NCBI GenBank assembly: GCA_026770705.1
Contig: JANJGN010000009.1
Span: forward strand, 164,300,001 to 164,364,000
Reading direction: 5' to 3'
Origin: Isurus oxyrinchus
Taxonomy: Eukaryota
DNA length: 64,000 bases
Shown in pieces: positions 1 through 13,253 of the stretch (its first letter is position 1; every line of letters starts with the position of its first letter). Made by a program: the position numbers and the translations under genes. Under the pieces are notes generated by a model, which worked only from the letters and a program-made list of their open reading frames with translations, ran no database searches and was not told where the DNA came from.

Positions 1-199
1 ACATCCCCCGAATGAATTTTTTAAAAACATTTAATTACATTGTTAATGGCCTTAATAGGACTTTTAATTGTTGGTGGGCACGTTGCTGACTCCGATGTGC
101 ACCCACTGACGGAACTATCGCTCTTCATTTAATGCTGGAGCGGGTCAGACAGGCACCCACCCACTCAGTGAAAAATTCAGCCCAAGAACTGAAGAAGGC

Positions 200-610
200 G
201 AGACTTGTATATACATACCACCTTACACAGCCACAGGATGGTCCAAAGTGTTTTACAGCCAATGAAGTATATTTGAAGGATTGTCACTGTTGGAATTCAG
301 GAGACACAGCAATCAATTTACGCACAGCAAGCTCCCAAAAACAGCAAAGTGATAAGCAGATGATCTGTTTTGCTGATATTGATTGAAGGATAAATATTGA
401 ACAGGATGCTTGCGAAAGCTTCCCGGCTCTTCTTCGAAATAAGACATTTTTACATCCACCTGAAAGGTTAGACTTGGCCTCAGTTTATCGCCTCATCTGA
501 AAGAGGGCACATCCAACAGTGCAGCACTCTCTCAGCATTGCATCGGTGTGTCAGCTTAGCTTATTGTGCTCAGGTCCTGGAATGGGACTTGATCCCACAA
601 GTCTCTGATA
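200..610 (-). mobile_element. Deu-domain (SacSINE/AmnSINE-like) SINE
   Basis: Reverse complement of the gagtgctgcactgt..ggtgcc..ctttcagatgag core; homologous to copies at 8680-10085, 23790-24125 and 53200-53625. Confidence 0.65.
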
Positions 611-738
611 GAAAACATTTCATGGTCTAGATTTTCCACCTCCGTAACCACACAATAAATAGCCCATTTCAAGACATAACTAGGGTTTCTCGGTGGAATT
701 GTGGTGATGCACAAAGAACAACTCAGGAAATGTCACTT

Positions 739-1355
739 ATGTTATGACGTGGCAGATGGCGTGTGCCAGGCAGATTAAATCCACCAGGGAAACTTGATCC
801 CGCTATCACAACAGTTTTCCAATTAGTATTTATTTCTCGATGTGTGCCCTGAATTCAGAAGTAATAAGTCCACCAAGACTTCAGATTTTTTTTTAATCTA
901 AATTAAGCATTTATTAACAAAAGAAAAGATCTCAAGCACATATATGGGTCTACAAGTTACTACTATAATACTTCCTAAAACCCCTAATTAATCTGGCTTC
1001 TAGTTACGCCCCCGTTAATGCAACAGTAAAAAAGAACTAGATTTTAAACAGATCCAGCAAGCTAAACACAATACCCCGTACAGTAGCTTTTCCTAGTTTC
1101 AGTTTCTGTAGACAGCAGGTTTAATGTACAAATACTGGAGACTTCTCACACTTCTGGTAGATCTTATAATGGCTTCCTTCTGACACATATCATCATTCTC
1201 CTTTATACATGTTTCTCCCTTTAATGTATAAATTCCATTGTCCATCTGCCTTTGGAACTTTACCTTTTTCATAATATAAATCTTTTCACTATATTGTCAA
1301 TAACCCTTGAGAAAAATAAACATTCTTTAAGTTGCTTATCTGGCTATTTGTAAAC
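739..1355. mobile_element. Probable solo LTR / LTR fragment
   Basis: Starts TGTTATG; non-coding, LTR-like layout; no internal domain seen. Confidence 0.35.
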
Positions 1356-1383
1356 ATATATATATATATATATACATATATAG
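1356..1383. repeat. (TA)n microsatellite
   Basis: Direct inspection. Confidence 0.9.
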
Positions 1384-1499
1384 TCTACCCACCTTATCAT
1401 AGTACTTACTGAACATTAAATGACCAAGACATTGAATACTTTGAACCATAAAATTATACAGCACAGGGAAAGGTGATTCAACATATTACACCTACACGT

Positions 1500-2760
1500 G
1501 ACAGGAAAATTCCTCTTGTTACCTCTGGTTCTTTTGTTAATTACTTTAAATCAGTGTCTTCATACTGACACTTTTGCCACTGGAAACAGTTTCTCCTTCT
1601 TTGTATAAAGGTTTAGCATAACTTCCTTGTTTTTGTACTTTCTGGCTCTGTCTCTGAAGCCAAGGATCTTGTATGCTTTTAAACAGTTTTTTTCAACTTG
1701 TCCTGTCACCTTCAAAGATGTGTGTGTATATGCCCTGAATGTCTCTGTCCTGCACCTCCTCTAAAGTTCTACAGTATAGCTTATACTGTCTCCCTTCATT
1801 CTTCCTTCAAGTGTATCACTTCACACTTCAAGGTGCTAAATTTCATCTCCAGTGTGTCTGCCCATTTCACCAATCTCACTATGTCCCCATGAGGTCTGTT
1901 ACTATCCTCCTCACTACATTTCTTAGGTTTGTGTCATCTACAAATTTTGAAACTTTTCCTATATGCCCAAGTCCATTTCATTAATATATAAAAAAGAGCA
2001 ATGGTCACTTCCCTCCAGCCCTTCTCTCTTTTCTTTAGCTTATTTTGTATCTGTGGTGCCACTGTGCCTTTAATTTCAAGTGCTTCAAATTTGCAAACTA
2101 CTCGATTATGTGATACGTTATCAAGGGCCTTTTGAAAGATCATATAGACAATATTAACTGCTCAACTCTCATCAACCCTTTCTGTTACTTCATCAAAATA
2201 ACTCAATCAAGTTAGTCAAATATGACCTTCTCCTTAACAAATCCATGCAAGCTTTTATTTATTAACACTCACTTTTCCTAAGTGTCAATTGACTTGATCC
2301 GAGAATGTCTTTTAAAAATCCCTCACCACTGGCATCTGGTGTCTGACTGCCCTGCAATGTTTATCTCTCCCTCTTTTTGAACAGGGGTGTAACATTTGAG
2401 ATCCACCTGTCCTCCAGTATTATTCCCATTTCTAAGGAGGATTGGAAGATTGTGGCTGAAGCCTTCACAATTTCCACCCTTACTTCCCTCAGCAACCTAG
2501 GCTGCAATCGTTTGGACCTGGTGACTTTTCGGCTTTGAGTGTTGTCAACATTTTAAGCACCTCCTCTATATCTATATTATCCAAACCAATCTCTCTACTG
2601 TAATGTTGGCAACATCCTCTTCTTTAGTAAAGACAGATGCAAAGCACCTCAGCCATGCCCTCTGCCTCTATGTGATGATTGCCTTTTAGGTCCTTAATCA
2701 GCTTTGACCTTTCACTGGCCACCCTTTTACTATTTATATGTGTCATATCCCAATATATTC
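1500..2760 (-). mobile_element. Degenerate CR1 LINE ORF2 fragments
   Basis: Minus-strand remnant IFQKALDNVSHNR (DFQKAFDKVPH), similar to the other CR1 copies. Confidence 0.7.
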
Positions 2761-3018
2761 TAAACTTGGGGTTAAATTTTAAAAATTGACCACAAAAGAT
2801 GACAAAAAGGTGGCTTCCCAATTGGGTTTCCAGCAAAAACCTGTTCGGCAGACAGAGTTCCACGAAAGCCATCGAATCCGCTGCAAGTCATCCAAGCAGC
2901 CAAAGGTAATCAATAGCAAGGATAAAAGCAAAGTACTGCCGATGCTGGAAATCTGAAACAAAAACAAAAATAGCTGGAAAAACTCAGCAGGTCTGGCACT
3001 ATCTGCGGAGAGGGACAC

Positions 3019-3057
3019 AGTTAACGTTTCGAGTCCGTATGACTCTTCATCAGAACT
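3019..3057 (-). ncRNA. Minimal hammerhead ribozyme motif (Penelope-associated)
   Basis: Minus strand AGTT-CTGATGA-A-GAGTC-atacg-GACTC-GAAA-CG-TT-AACT: intact core with stems I and II. Confidence 0.7.
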
Positions 3058-3259
3058 AAGAAAAATAGAAATGAGGTGAAATATAAGCTGGTTGAGGGGG
3101 GTGGGACAGGTAGAGCTGGATAAAGGGCCGGTGATAGGTGGAGGCAAAGAAGAGATTGCCAAAGATGTCACAGACAAAAGGACAAAGAGATGTTGACGGT
3201 GGTGATATTATCTAAGGAATGTGCTAATAGGTGACATTAAGGGTAGAAAGCAGGACGAG

Positions 3260-3430
3260 CAAGGTACAGATAGCCCTAGTGGGGGTGGGGTGGGGTGAAG
3301 GTACAGATAGCCCTAGTGGGGGTGGGGTGAAGGTACAGATAGGCCTAGTGGGGGTGGGGTGAAGGTACAGATAGGCCTAGTGGGGGTGGGGTGAAGGTAC
3401 AGATAGCCCTAGTGAGGGTGGGGTGGGGGG
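3260..3430. repeat. ~32-bp G-rich minisatellite, 5 copies (gaaggtacagatagccctagtgggggtggggt)
   Basis: Direct inspection. Confidence 0.9.
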
Positions 3431-4659
3431 AAGGGATCGAAATAGGCTAAAAGGCAGAGATAAAACAATGGATGGAAATACATTTAAAAATAATGGAAAT
3501 AGCTGGGAAAAGAAAAATATATATAAAAAATATAAAAACTTTATACAGTATTGGAAAAGGGGGATCGGAAAAGGGGTGGGAATGGAGGAGAGAGTTCATG
3601 ACCTGAAGTTGTTGAACTCAATATTAAGTCCAGAAGGCTGTAAAGTGCCTAGTCGGAAGATGAGGTGTTGTTCCTCCAGTTTGCATTGAGCTTCACTGGA
3701 ACAATGCAGCAAGCCAAGGACAGACATGTGGGCATGAGAGCAGGGTGCAGTGTTGAAATGGCAAGCGACAGGGAGGTCTGGGTAATGCTTGCAGACATTC
3801 CGAAGGTGTTCTGCAAAGCGGTCACCCAGTCTGCGTTTGGTCTCTCCAATGTAGAGAAAACAGCATTGGGAGCAGCGAATGCAGTTGACTAAATTGAGGG
3901 AAGTGCAGGTGAAGTTCTCCTTCACTTGAAAGGAGTGTTTGGGCCCTTGGATGGTGAGGAGGAGGGAAGTAAAGGGGTAGGTGTTGCACCTTCTGCGGTT
4001 GCAAGGGAAAGTGCCGTGGGAGGGGGTTGAGGTGTAGGGGGTGATGGAGGAGTGGACCAGGGTGTCCCGGAGGGAACAATCCCTGCAAAATGCCACCGGG
4101 GGGGCGAAGGGAAGATGTGTTTGGTGGTGGCATCATGGGCAATACCTTGAATGTGGGAGAAGGACTCCCCTCCTCCCAGCCTATTTCAACTTTGAGTTCA
4201 TCTGAGAACCAACCTCCTTGAAATTCAACTACAAGAAGCCTCATGGCTTACTGAGATCCCTCTGCTTTACAAGATCTTCACTTCAGCTAAAGTATCAATT
4301 TCATCCAAGAAACTATGGGCTTGCCTTGAAAGAGACTGAAATAATTAAATGTTGTAACCATATTATTTTTACTGTCCTCTATAACTAAGCGATGTATGTA
4401 TGAAGCAAGTGAGTGAGACATTGTGTTAAATTCCAGGGCAAGTGTGTGATAATAAATAACCTCCTTTACTTTTAAATGCACAGAAAGCTTGCTGCCGGAA
4501 ATATTTAATTGGGATTTTCACCCTGAGGGTAGGGAAACACACCCCTCTTGGACAAATATACTGATCGTAGGCAATGGACAGAAATGCGTAAATTCTGTCC
4601 ATGACAGATGATTATAAAAGACTTTTGGGTTTCCTTTTATGTTACCCATTAAAATATTC

Positions 4660-5235
4660 TTATACCTACACCACATGGACTGCAGAGGTTCATGAAGACA
4701 GCTCACCACCACCTTCACAAGGGCAATTAGGGATGGGCAATAAATGCTGGCCCAGCCAGTGATGCCCACATCCCGTGAATGAATAAAAACAAAAATTTCC
4801 TCTTTGTCCCTGTTAATTCCTGTTTCAGTTCTTCTCTGTACATCCGATATTCTACTGAACTATGACCCTGACACTTGCTGATTGAAAATAGATGCAGCAA
4901 TTCACCCAGGCTCCTTCGAGAGCACCTTCCAAACCCACCACCCCTACCATTTAGAAGGACAAAGGCAACAGATGCATGGGAACACCACCGCCTACAAATT
5001 CCCCTCCAAGCTTTACATCATCCTGACTTGAAACTATATCACCATTGCTTCACCGTGGCTGAGTCATACTCCTGGAACTCCCTTCTTAACAGCACTGTGG
5101 GCGTATCGACACTGTACAGGCTGCAGAAGTTCAAGGAGGCAGCTCACCACCACTTTCTCAAGGGCAATTAGGGATGGGCAATAAATGCTGGCCCAGCCAG
5201 TGATGCTCACATCCTGTGAATGAATAAAACAAAGT
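4660..5235 (+). mobile_element. Two adjacent LINE 3'-end copies (tail ...gggcaattagggatgggcaataaatgctggcc...tgaatgaataaaa)
   Basis: The same tail occurs at 4660-4795, 4890-5235 and 32425-32605, and on minus at ~62190. Confidence 0.7.
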
Positions 5236-5461
5236 CATCAATCCATTAGGAATAGTCCGTTTTAAGGGTAAAGTTCAGAGGGGGTGCAAATCGGTTGGTA
5301 GGAAGTTGGCCCACTTGTTATACAACCCACAATTTTGGAAAGGAAAGTTGATTCGGTGATGTCCCAATCCCACTGTCAGCAAAGGTTCTAGGCAGGTTTC
5401 TGCTACATTCCCTGGAACTGAGTCTACAGGAGAGTCCAAATGACATGATGTGTGAACCAAC

Positions 5462-6005
5462 AAACCAAAAACCAAAACAAAAACAGAATTACCTGGAAAA
5501 ACTCAGCAGGTCTGGCAGCATCGGCAGAGAAGAAAAGAGTTGACGTTTCGAGTCCTCATGACCCTTCGACAGAACTTGAGTTCGAGTCCAAGAAAGAGTT
5601 GAAATATAAGCTGGTTTAAGGTGTGTGGGAGGGGCGGAGAGAGAGAGAGAAGTGGAGTGGGGGTGTGGTTGGATGGACAAACAAGCATTTGGGGGTGGGG
5701 TGTGGTTGTATGGACAAACAAGCAGTGATAGAAGCAGATCATCAAAAGATGTCAACAACAATAGAACAAAAGAACACATAGGTGTTAAAGTTGGTGATAT
5801 TATCTAAACGAATGTGCTAATTAAGAATGGATTAAGCACTCAAGGTATAGCTCTAGTGGGGGTGGGGAGAGCATAAAAGATTTTAAAATATTTAAAAATA
5901 ATGGAAATAGGTGGGAAAAGAAAAATCTATATAATTTATTGAAAAAAGGAAGGGGGAAACAGAAAGGGGGTGGGGATGGGGGAGGGAGGATGGGGGAGGG
6001 AGGAA
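5462..6005 (-). mobile_element. Penelope terminal-repeat fragment
   Basis: Collinear with 2940-3590; carries a hammerhead variant. Confidence 0.75.
5538..5576 (-). ncRNA. Hammerhead ribozyme variant (core CUGUCGA, GUC cleavage triplet)
   Basis: Minus strand AGTT-CTGTCGA-A-GGGTC-atgag-GACTC-GAAA-CG-TC-AACT. Confidence 0.55.
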
Positions 6006-8679
6006 AAACCAAACAATATTCTTTGTCTCAGGAATGACAAGTCCAAAACTTGAATGTTGAGTTTTTATGGGATCCACAGAAGTATATCAGACTCTGATTC
6101 TGAAAAGAATACATGACCAAAATTAAGGTGACGAAGGCAGCCACCTTGGGACATAGATTGTAAGTAACTGAATAAAGTGCTGTCTTTGCAAATGCAGTTC
6201 TAAAAGAAGTGATTTATTTTGGGACCAAAGCCAAGGAATTACTGCTGGCAAGGTTATTGGATGAGTACTGGGATGATATTATACTTTCACTAATTCTTTA
6301 ATCAAAATGTTAACCCATGTAAAATAAATCAGTTGATGTCTCTGAAGTTGTAGGCAAAGCTATTTACCCATGAACATTGCCAACATTAACTTGTAGAGTC
6401 AAAAGGTTTTGACATTGCAACAGGACACCAGAAGTGAGAGTATATAAATTTGTGAATGAAGTATTACCACAACTGCATGATTTATTGATGTGATTATAGG
6501 TTGTTTCCTGTCTAGCGCAGTGGGGAATGTCTTTCTCCATACACATAACAGAGGATGTGGTACATCTGCTTCAAACTGTCAGAAAATGCATCAAATAATG
6601 TCAAACACCTACACTTCCTGGTGGAGGAAATATTAATCCCACTTCTCCCGTGCACGCCCTCTCAGGGATGAAATCCCATACATGATATACAGTTTAACCA
6701 TTTCTAAAGTTAACACAGAACATTGCTTCTTAACCAGTTCCCATTTTTTACTAAGACTAGTAGGTCTTCTGTGGTATCACTTAGGAGCAAGTCCAAGATC
6801 TGGGCTACTGCGCTTGGTGAGTAATGAGGACTTGCCCTGTTCCATTGTGACCTCCCAAATTTGGCTCCCTGATTCACCCCCTGGTGTGGTACACAGTTCA
6901 TCAGCCCAATCAGCTACTGCTGGATTAATCAGAAAGCAAACAGGAGCCCTATAATCCCATAAAAGTAACAGCAGGTTGTGTCTTCGCTAATCATTTCTTT
7001 CACCCAAGCTTGGACACTTGAGGGCTGAATTGCTTCTTCTGTAAATTGGTGTAACCTGGCCAAGGGAAGAAACTTAGAGACTGAACCACTCCCCTCCCCT
7101 CCACCACCACCTCTCCCCACCCCCCAACCATCCTCCCCCTCTGCTCACCAGCTCCCAGTCCAAAGAGAGTTCAAATCTGATTGCTCGGGAGTGTTTAACT
7201 TCTGAATGGTTACCTTGATGGCTGCACATGATTTTGTAAAAAATCTAAAATATATAAAAAGGAAGGGAAAATTGTTCTATATTTTCCATGGCCTCTCTAT
7301 GCTGCAGCAGGTACCCCAGCCTTGAACCGCTCAGTCAACCTCTCCTGCCAAGTGAGGAGGGAAACTGAGCTGCAGTTCAAGTGGGGTGATACCATTCACA
7401 TGACCCCAGGGTCAGATCTGAGGTAAAGAGAAGTTCCAATCCAACAAAGTTCTGCCTCCCTGTGGAGCCAAAGAGGCAAATCTGCCTGGTTTATTTGTAT
7501 CCTCCATCACAACCATTGTATGCTTCTGTTCAATGGGTTTAAGTTCCAACTGTTCTAATTCTAAATGTCACCCTCTAGTCTGTATGTTCCCCCATTGCTG
7601 ATTATTTTCATAATAGGCAAAAATACATTAAATGCCTCAATGGCAGATCATTAAGTTGGGTTAGGCACGGGATTTCAAAGAATATAACATTGCGCTGACT
7701 GTAGATATAAAGGCCCAGAGAGATCCTTGGCCCTTTTCACAAGGCTGTTCTGTTGTCAAATCAAAGGTGGAAATTATCCTGAGTGTAAATGACTACATCC
7801 CTTCGCTTCCCATTTTATGCGATCAGTTCAACCCGAAACTGTTTTTGCTGGTTACGTTAGAGTTAACTATGGCTCAGCAAGAAGAAGGTTTTGAAAACAT
7901 TTCATTTATTTGTTTTGCTCTTTTTTCTGACGGTATGTCACATGAGGTGAAAAGGGGAGTTTGGGGTGGATTTTTTTATCTTCTCAGCTAAAAGCCTGCA
8001 ATTGGTCAAGCTAAAGTAAATGTTGTGGCCTCAATCTTCTACTCCCAGCTGTCCATTGTAGCAGTGTCAAAATTGATATCCTCATAGTCACAGGGTAGAG
8101 GAAACCTGCATCCATCAGCGTGGGCTGTGCTGACCCAGCCTAATGACTTATCACTTCATTTGTGAGGCAAATGTACATTTGATTGACTGTGGCTTGTGAG
8201 AGAGTAGAGTGGTGCACTGGGTTTAATGGAATGCCTTAGTGCTTTCAGGGAAGTATATGGGGTACTGGAAACTAGGTTACATGACTGTGCTTTTGTTGAA
8301 TACTATACTGGTACATTAGATCAAATAACAGATCAACTGTTTTTTTGACCAGCATAATAAGAAATTCTGGTTGCATGTATGCACTTCTTAAATTATTTGT
8401 CACTTGGTCTGTAATTTTAGAGCTAACCCTTTTTTAATACTGCTGTTTTCAGATGATGAGAAAAGCTCATGTTGGGATACTTAATTTGGGTTTCCAGTCG
8501 ATGGCCTCCTGAGCCTCCTACTCGGAGAGCGGGCGGACACATCATCCATGCCCTGAGCAGAGTTGGTTGGGTGCTGTCACTGCCATCGAGAACTTGCCAA
8601 GAAATTTCATCAAGATGTCCCGAAAGTGACCTTCCTTTCTGAAAAGAGGGAAGACCTCTCACTTCCTTGAATCACAAGG

Positions 8680-10085
8680 GCCCTGTGTTCAAGCCCCACT
8701 CCAGGGCTTGAGCACAAATGATCAAGACTGACATTCCTATACAGTAAACACATAGAAAATAAGAGCAGGAGTAGGCCATTCGGCCCTTCGAGCCAGCTCC
8801 ACCATTCATTATGATCATGGCTGATCATCCGACTCAATAGCCTGCTCCTGCTTTCTCTCCTTATCCTTTGCTTCCTTTCACCCCAAGAGCTATATCTAAC
8901 TCCTTCTTGAAAACATACAATGTTTTGGCCTCAACTACTTTCTGTGGTAACGAATTCCACAGTCTCACCCCTCTCTGGGTGAAGAAATTTCTCCTCACCT
9001 CAGTCCTAAATGGTCTACCCCATACCCTCAGACTGTGACCCCTGGTTCTGGACTCCCCCACCATCGGGAACATCCTTCCTGCATCTACCCTGTCTAGTCC
9101 TGTTAGAATTTTATAGGTTTCTATGAGATCACCCCTCATTCTTCTGAACTCCAGCAAATATAATCCTAACGGACTCAATCTCTCCTCATATGTCAGTCCC
9201 ACCATCCCAGGAATCAGTCGGGCAAACCTTCGCCGCACTCCCTCTATAGCAAGAACATCCTTCTCCAATAACTTACCATTTGCCTTCTTTACCACCTGCT
9301 GCACCTGCATGCTTACCTTCAGCAACTGGTGTATGAGGGCACCCAGGTCTCGTTGCAATTTATAGCCATTCAGATAATAATCTGCCTTCCTGTTTTTGCT
9401 ACTGAGGGAGTGCTGCACTGTCAAGGGTGCTGTCTTTTGAAAGAGACATTAAATCGTGGCCCCATCTGAATGCTCAGGTAAAAGATCCTATGGCACTATT
9501 TTGAAGAAGAGCTGGGGAGTTATCCCCAGAGTCCTGTCCAACATTTATCCCTCAATCAACATCACAAAAGACAGATCATCTGGTCATTATCATACTGCTG
9601 TTTGAGAGTTTTCTTGGAGAGCAACCTGGCCTGCTGGATTTCCTACATTACAGTATACAGCCATTTAGTAGCACAGAACGAGTATTGCTGAAAACAGAGA
9701 CATTTTTTGTCAAAGCTTTTATCTTGCACTCATCAGGACAATTCGTAAGAAGATACCAATGTCAGGGGAAACAACTTATTTATACCCTATGAGAAGAGAG
9801 TGCTGATTGGTTGGCAAATGGACTCTGATTGGCAGAGGCATTGCCCTGGAGAATGCACCAATTGATGGTGACTGACAGTTAACTACCAAGCATTCTCCGT
9901 GTTGAACTCTCCATGGCAACACCCCTACCAATTAGAGATCATCATATAGAGGCAGAAGAAAGGTTTCAACAAAAAATATCTCTTTTATCAACATTACAAC
10001 AGTGATTACACTTCATTGGCTATAAAGTACTTTGAGATATCTGATGGTTATGAAACAAGCTATATAAATGCAAGTCTTTCTTTTT
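8680..10085 (+). mobile_element. Deu-domain SINE split by a CR1 insertion (8747-9400) and a Penelope-derived insertion (~9653-9990)
   Basis: SINE sequence resumes collinearly after each insertion; acattaca is duplicated around the second. Confidence 0.65.
8747..9400 (-). mobile_element. CR1 LINE 3' end
   Basis: ORF 8861..9424: EGV.RRFARLIPGM..L.YEERL..LGLY.LE.RRMRGDLIETYKIL...FFTQR.V..WNSLP. Confidence 0.9.
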
Positions 10086-11199
10086 TAAAGTCAATCAATG
10101 GAAAGCCTCCATTTGGAAGATACCAACACCTGCAAAACATTTTTGCAAATTCCCCCCCATGTATATTATTCTTTAACAATGCATCGTCTTATTGTCACTG
10201 ATCATTTGTTTTTAGTGAAGTCAAAATCGGCTTTTTTCTCCCTTCTCACCCATGTGGAAATAGAAAGCAGGTACGTAAAATGTTGAAAAAAAAAATTAAT
10301 AAAAAGGAGACATTTCCAAAAATAGTGATGGTAAGAGTGAAGGATGTCAGAAATGGAGCAAGAAACACAGCCCAAAGCATGTAGGGTGATGGCAGCAGAT
10401 GTTAAGAATGGACAGAATTTGGATCTAATGGGGTTGTGGATATTGACTCAATAGTAGCCTTCAGAAGGAAATTGGATAAACATTTGAAAGAGAAGAAATT
10501 GCAGGGGAAAGAGCAAGGGAATGGAATCAACTGGATTTTCTTTCAAAAGAACTGGCAGACTCCCAAAGGGCCAAATGGCCTCCTTCTGTGCTGCACAATT
10601 TTCTGTGTTGGAGGTCACTGAATTTGCTTTACTGAGTGAACCTCATGTCTCCAGCATTTCTTACCACACTCCTTCCAGAATAAGGCAATTCATGTAAATA
10701 TCTACAGAAAGCTGCCTTCAAACCCATTGATATGCTTCTGCTATTTTGACTGTTTAAATCACATTTCTTTTTCAATATTTTTGCTGATTTTTCTTCTGTC
10801 TTGTTGTGTTGACATTGCTCACTGTGTTGTGAAACTTCAGCTGCCTAAAGTGCTGGTTAAAAATTAAATGTCTACAAACAAACTATTGCATTATAGTCCT
10901 CGAATGCAGTGCCGCTGTGGTTAAGTGAGTTGTGCAATCTTTATTTTGTACTAAGAGTTTAAAACCCTTTTCACTCCACCTTGTCATGTTGGCTTGAAGA
11001 ATATCTTTCCACCTATTGGATAATACTCAATGCTAAATATCAATACTTTGCTCACTCATTTTTACCACAGGAACTGCTGGCATGTCTCCTTCTGCTGGAA
11101 GTACTAGATTTGCACTTTTGCAGCATGGCTGCTTTCATATTGATTGAGAAGGAAACTGAATCATTTTAAGGAGTTTAATACCCTTACATTAGAATCTCA

Positions 11200-11630
11200 C
11201 TACTAAGATCAGCATTTATTGACCATCCTCAGTTGCCATGAGAAGGTGATGTTTGCATTGTTCTTTTTGATTCTTTCATGGGATGTAAGTGTCACTGGCA
11301 AGGCCAATTTTTGCTGAACTGAGTGGCTTGCCAAGCTGTTTCAGAGGGCAGTTAAAAGTCAACCACATTGCTGTGGACCTGGAGTCATATGTAGGCCAGA
11401 CCAGGTAAGGGTGGCAGATTTCCTTCCCTATGGGGCATTAGTGAATCTGATGCATTTTATCGCCAATCGATGATTGTTTCATGGTCGCTATTACTAAGAC
11501 TATCTCTATATTCCAGATTTATTAATTGAATTTAAATTCCACCAGCTGCTAAGGTGGGATTTGTGCCCATGTCCCCTGGGCCTCTGGATTACTGGGTCAG
11601 TGACATTACCACTATGCCACTATCTCCCCA
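11200..11630 (-). mobile_element. tRNA-head SINE sharing the LINE 3' tail
   Basis: Reverse complement of the copy at 47480-47865; another copy at 32665-33000. Confidence 0.6.
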
Positions 11631-12481
11631 TAATATGCACTTAAAAAATATTTTGCAAAATGAAATAATTAAGCTCAAGATCCAGCAATGTCTCAAATTT
11701 AAAATGCTCATTCTTGTACACCAATCCTGTGTGACTGTGACTTGTGACTGTGTTATCTAATCCTGTCACCAGGTAGCTGGGAGACCCCCATCTGCCTTCC
11801 CCATTGGTCATGCACTCCAAGACTCTCCTCTCCAGCACATCTTCCTCTGCAGCGGTCAGGATCATGTTAACTTCACCATTTTCTCCCTGATATCCTGCGT
11901 AATCCTCTACTGCAAGGAGAGAAGGAAAAGGGCAATGAGTGTGAGAAATGGCTTGTGATTATTCATTCATGGGATGTCAATATTGATAGACAAGGCCTCT
12001 GTATCTACATAGCCTTCCTGTCTCTGTAATCTCATCCAGTAAGTCCACGCCCTTCACTACAGCACTGGCGACTGGGCCTTCAGTTGTATAGGTCCTAAGC
12101 TCCAGAAAGCCTTCCCTTATGTCGAACCTCTCTCCTCCTTCAAAACTCTCCAAAACTCTTGAATCAAGCATTCAGTCACTTGTGCTATTATCTGTTTATG
12201 TGGTTCAGTGTCAAAGTTTGACTAACCACGCCCCTGTGGAGTGTCTTGGGATATTTCGCAATATGGTAAAGGAATTATATAAACACGAGTTGTTACAGCT
12301 GTAAATATGCTGAGTTTAATACTTCCTCACTTCTTTTAATTCTGCTCATGTGTTGCAGTTTTTGCTGATTCAGGTCCCTTCCTGAGATGATAACATACTT
12401 TAGCTGTTGATACATCGCCGTCAGCCATTTTGGTAAAATTCAATTGGTTTAAATTTAAATCCAGCTGGCTGATCGCATTAA

Positions 12482-13253
12482 GGGCAGAATTTTATGTCCT
12501 GCGGCAGGCGTGCACCCAACCCAATTAGGCGTAAAACAGCAGGCATTGGCGTTGGGCGAGTGTCCCGATGTCATCGCGCACTCGCGGGGTATTTCGGTCA
12601 GTGGGTGCTTGCGAGAGTCGGCAGCGTGCCCGCCGACAATTAAGAGGTCTATTAAGGCCGTTAACCCTTTTGCCGTTAACTGCTATTTCTGCTGCCCGTC
12701 TAACCTTACGGTTGGGGGGGTGGTGGTGGGGGGAAGGGAGGGGAGGGGGGCAGGCGAATCGGCCAGGTGGCCTTTGCATTTTTGAGGAACCCTCATCCAC
12801 AGGCGGGATGGGGTTTCCAACAATAACTTTTTTTTTTAAATGTTTTGACAGGATTTTTATTTTGTCGGTGTTCATGTGATAAGTCCTACGGGGGGGGGCA
12901 TGTTTTTTTTCACATATTCCACACCTTTATTTAAGGGTTTTATATTCTTCAGCTCCCTGAGCCAGCTCTCTGCCTTCAGACAGTTTTCAATGTGCACTTA
13001 GCCCGCACGTGTGCAGATTTCGGCACTTGACCTCCTCCCGCACAACCCCCCCACACCCCCACCCCCACCGCCACCAGCCCACCCCCACCCTGGCAGCGCT
13101 GAGCTCCTCAGATCACCTTTCACGCTGGCTAGCCGTTAACTGGCCAGCCAGCGTGAAATCGCGAGCAGGGGCCGATCACAGGCAGTGGACCATTCCCCAG
13201 CCGCTCTTGGGCCCCTCCTCCGCGCCCACTCTGAGACCTGAAAATCCTGCCCC
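12482..13253. mobile_element. Harbinger-type MITE
   Basis: TIR gggcagaatttt / aaaatcctgccc; TAA flanks (approximate); same family as 41797-42450. Confidence 0.75.

Larger units (their letters stand above)
2922..4140 (-). mobile_element. Penelope-like retroelement 3' part (GIY-YIG endonuclease plus pseudo-LTR)
   Basis: ORF 3596..4096: GTFPC..RC...FTCTS.NLV.CIRC..C..LYIGETKRRL..RFAEH...PVA.HF...E...IFRLGTLQP.GLN. Hammerhead motif in the terminal repeat. Confidence 0.88.

Noticed and set aside
3260-3430. Short direct repeats resembling a CRISPR array
   Set aside because: No unique spacers and a eukaryotic context; it is a minisatellite.
6364-6546. Cys-containing minus-strand ORF ending near a possible donor
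   Set aside because: No recognisable domain and no partner exons.
7869-7932. MAQQEEGFENISFICFALFSD-G|gtatgt, resembling a phase-1 leader exon of a third paralogue
   Set aside because: Acidic N-terminus, length differs from the 40-nt leaders, and no V exon found between it and gene 1.
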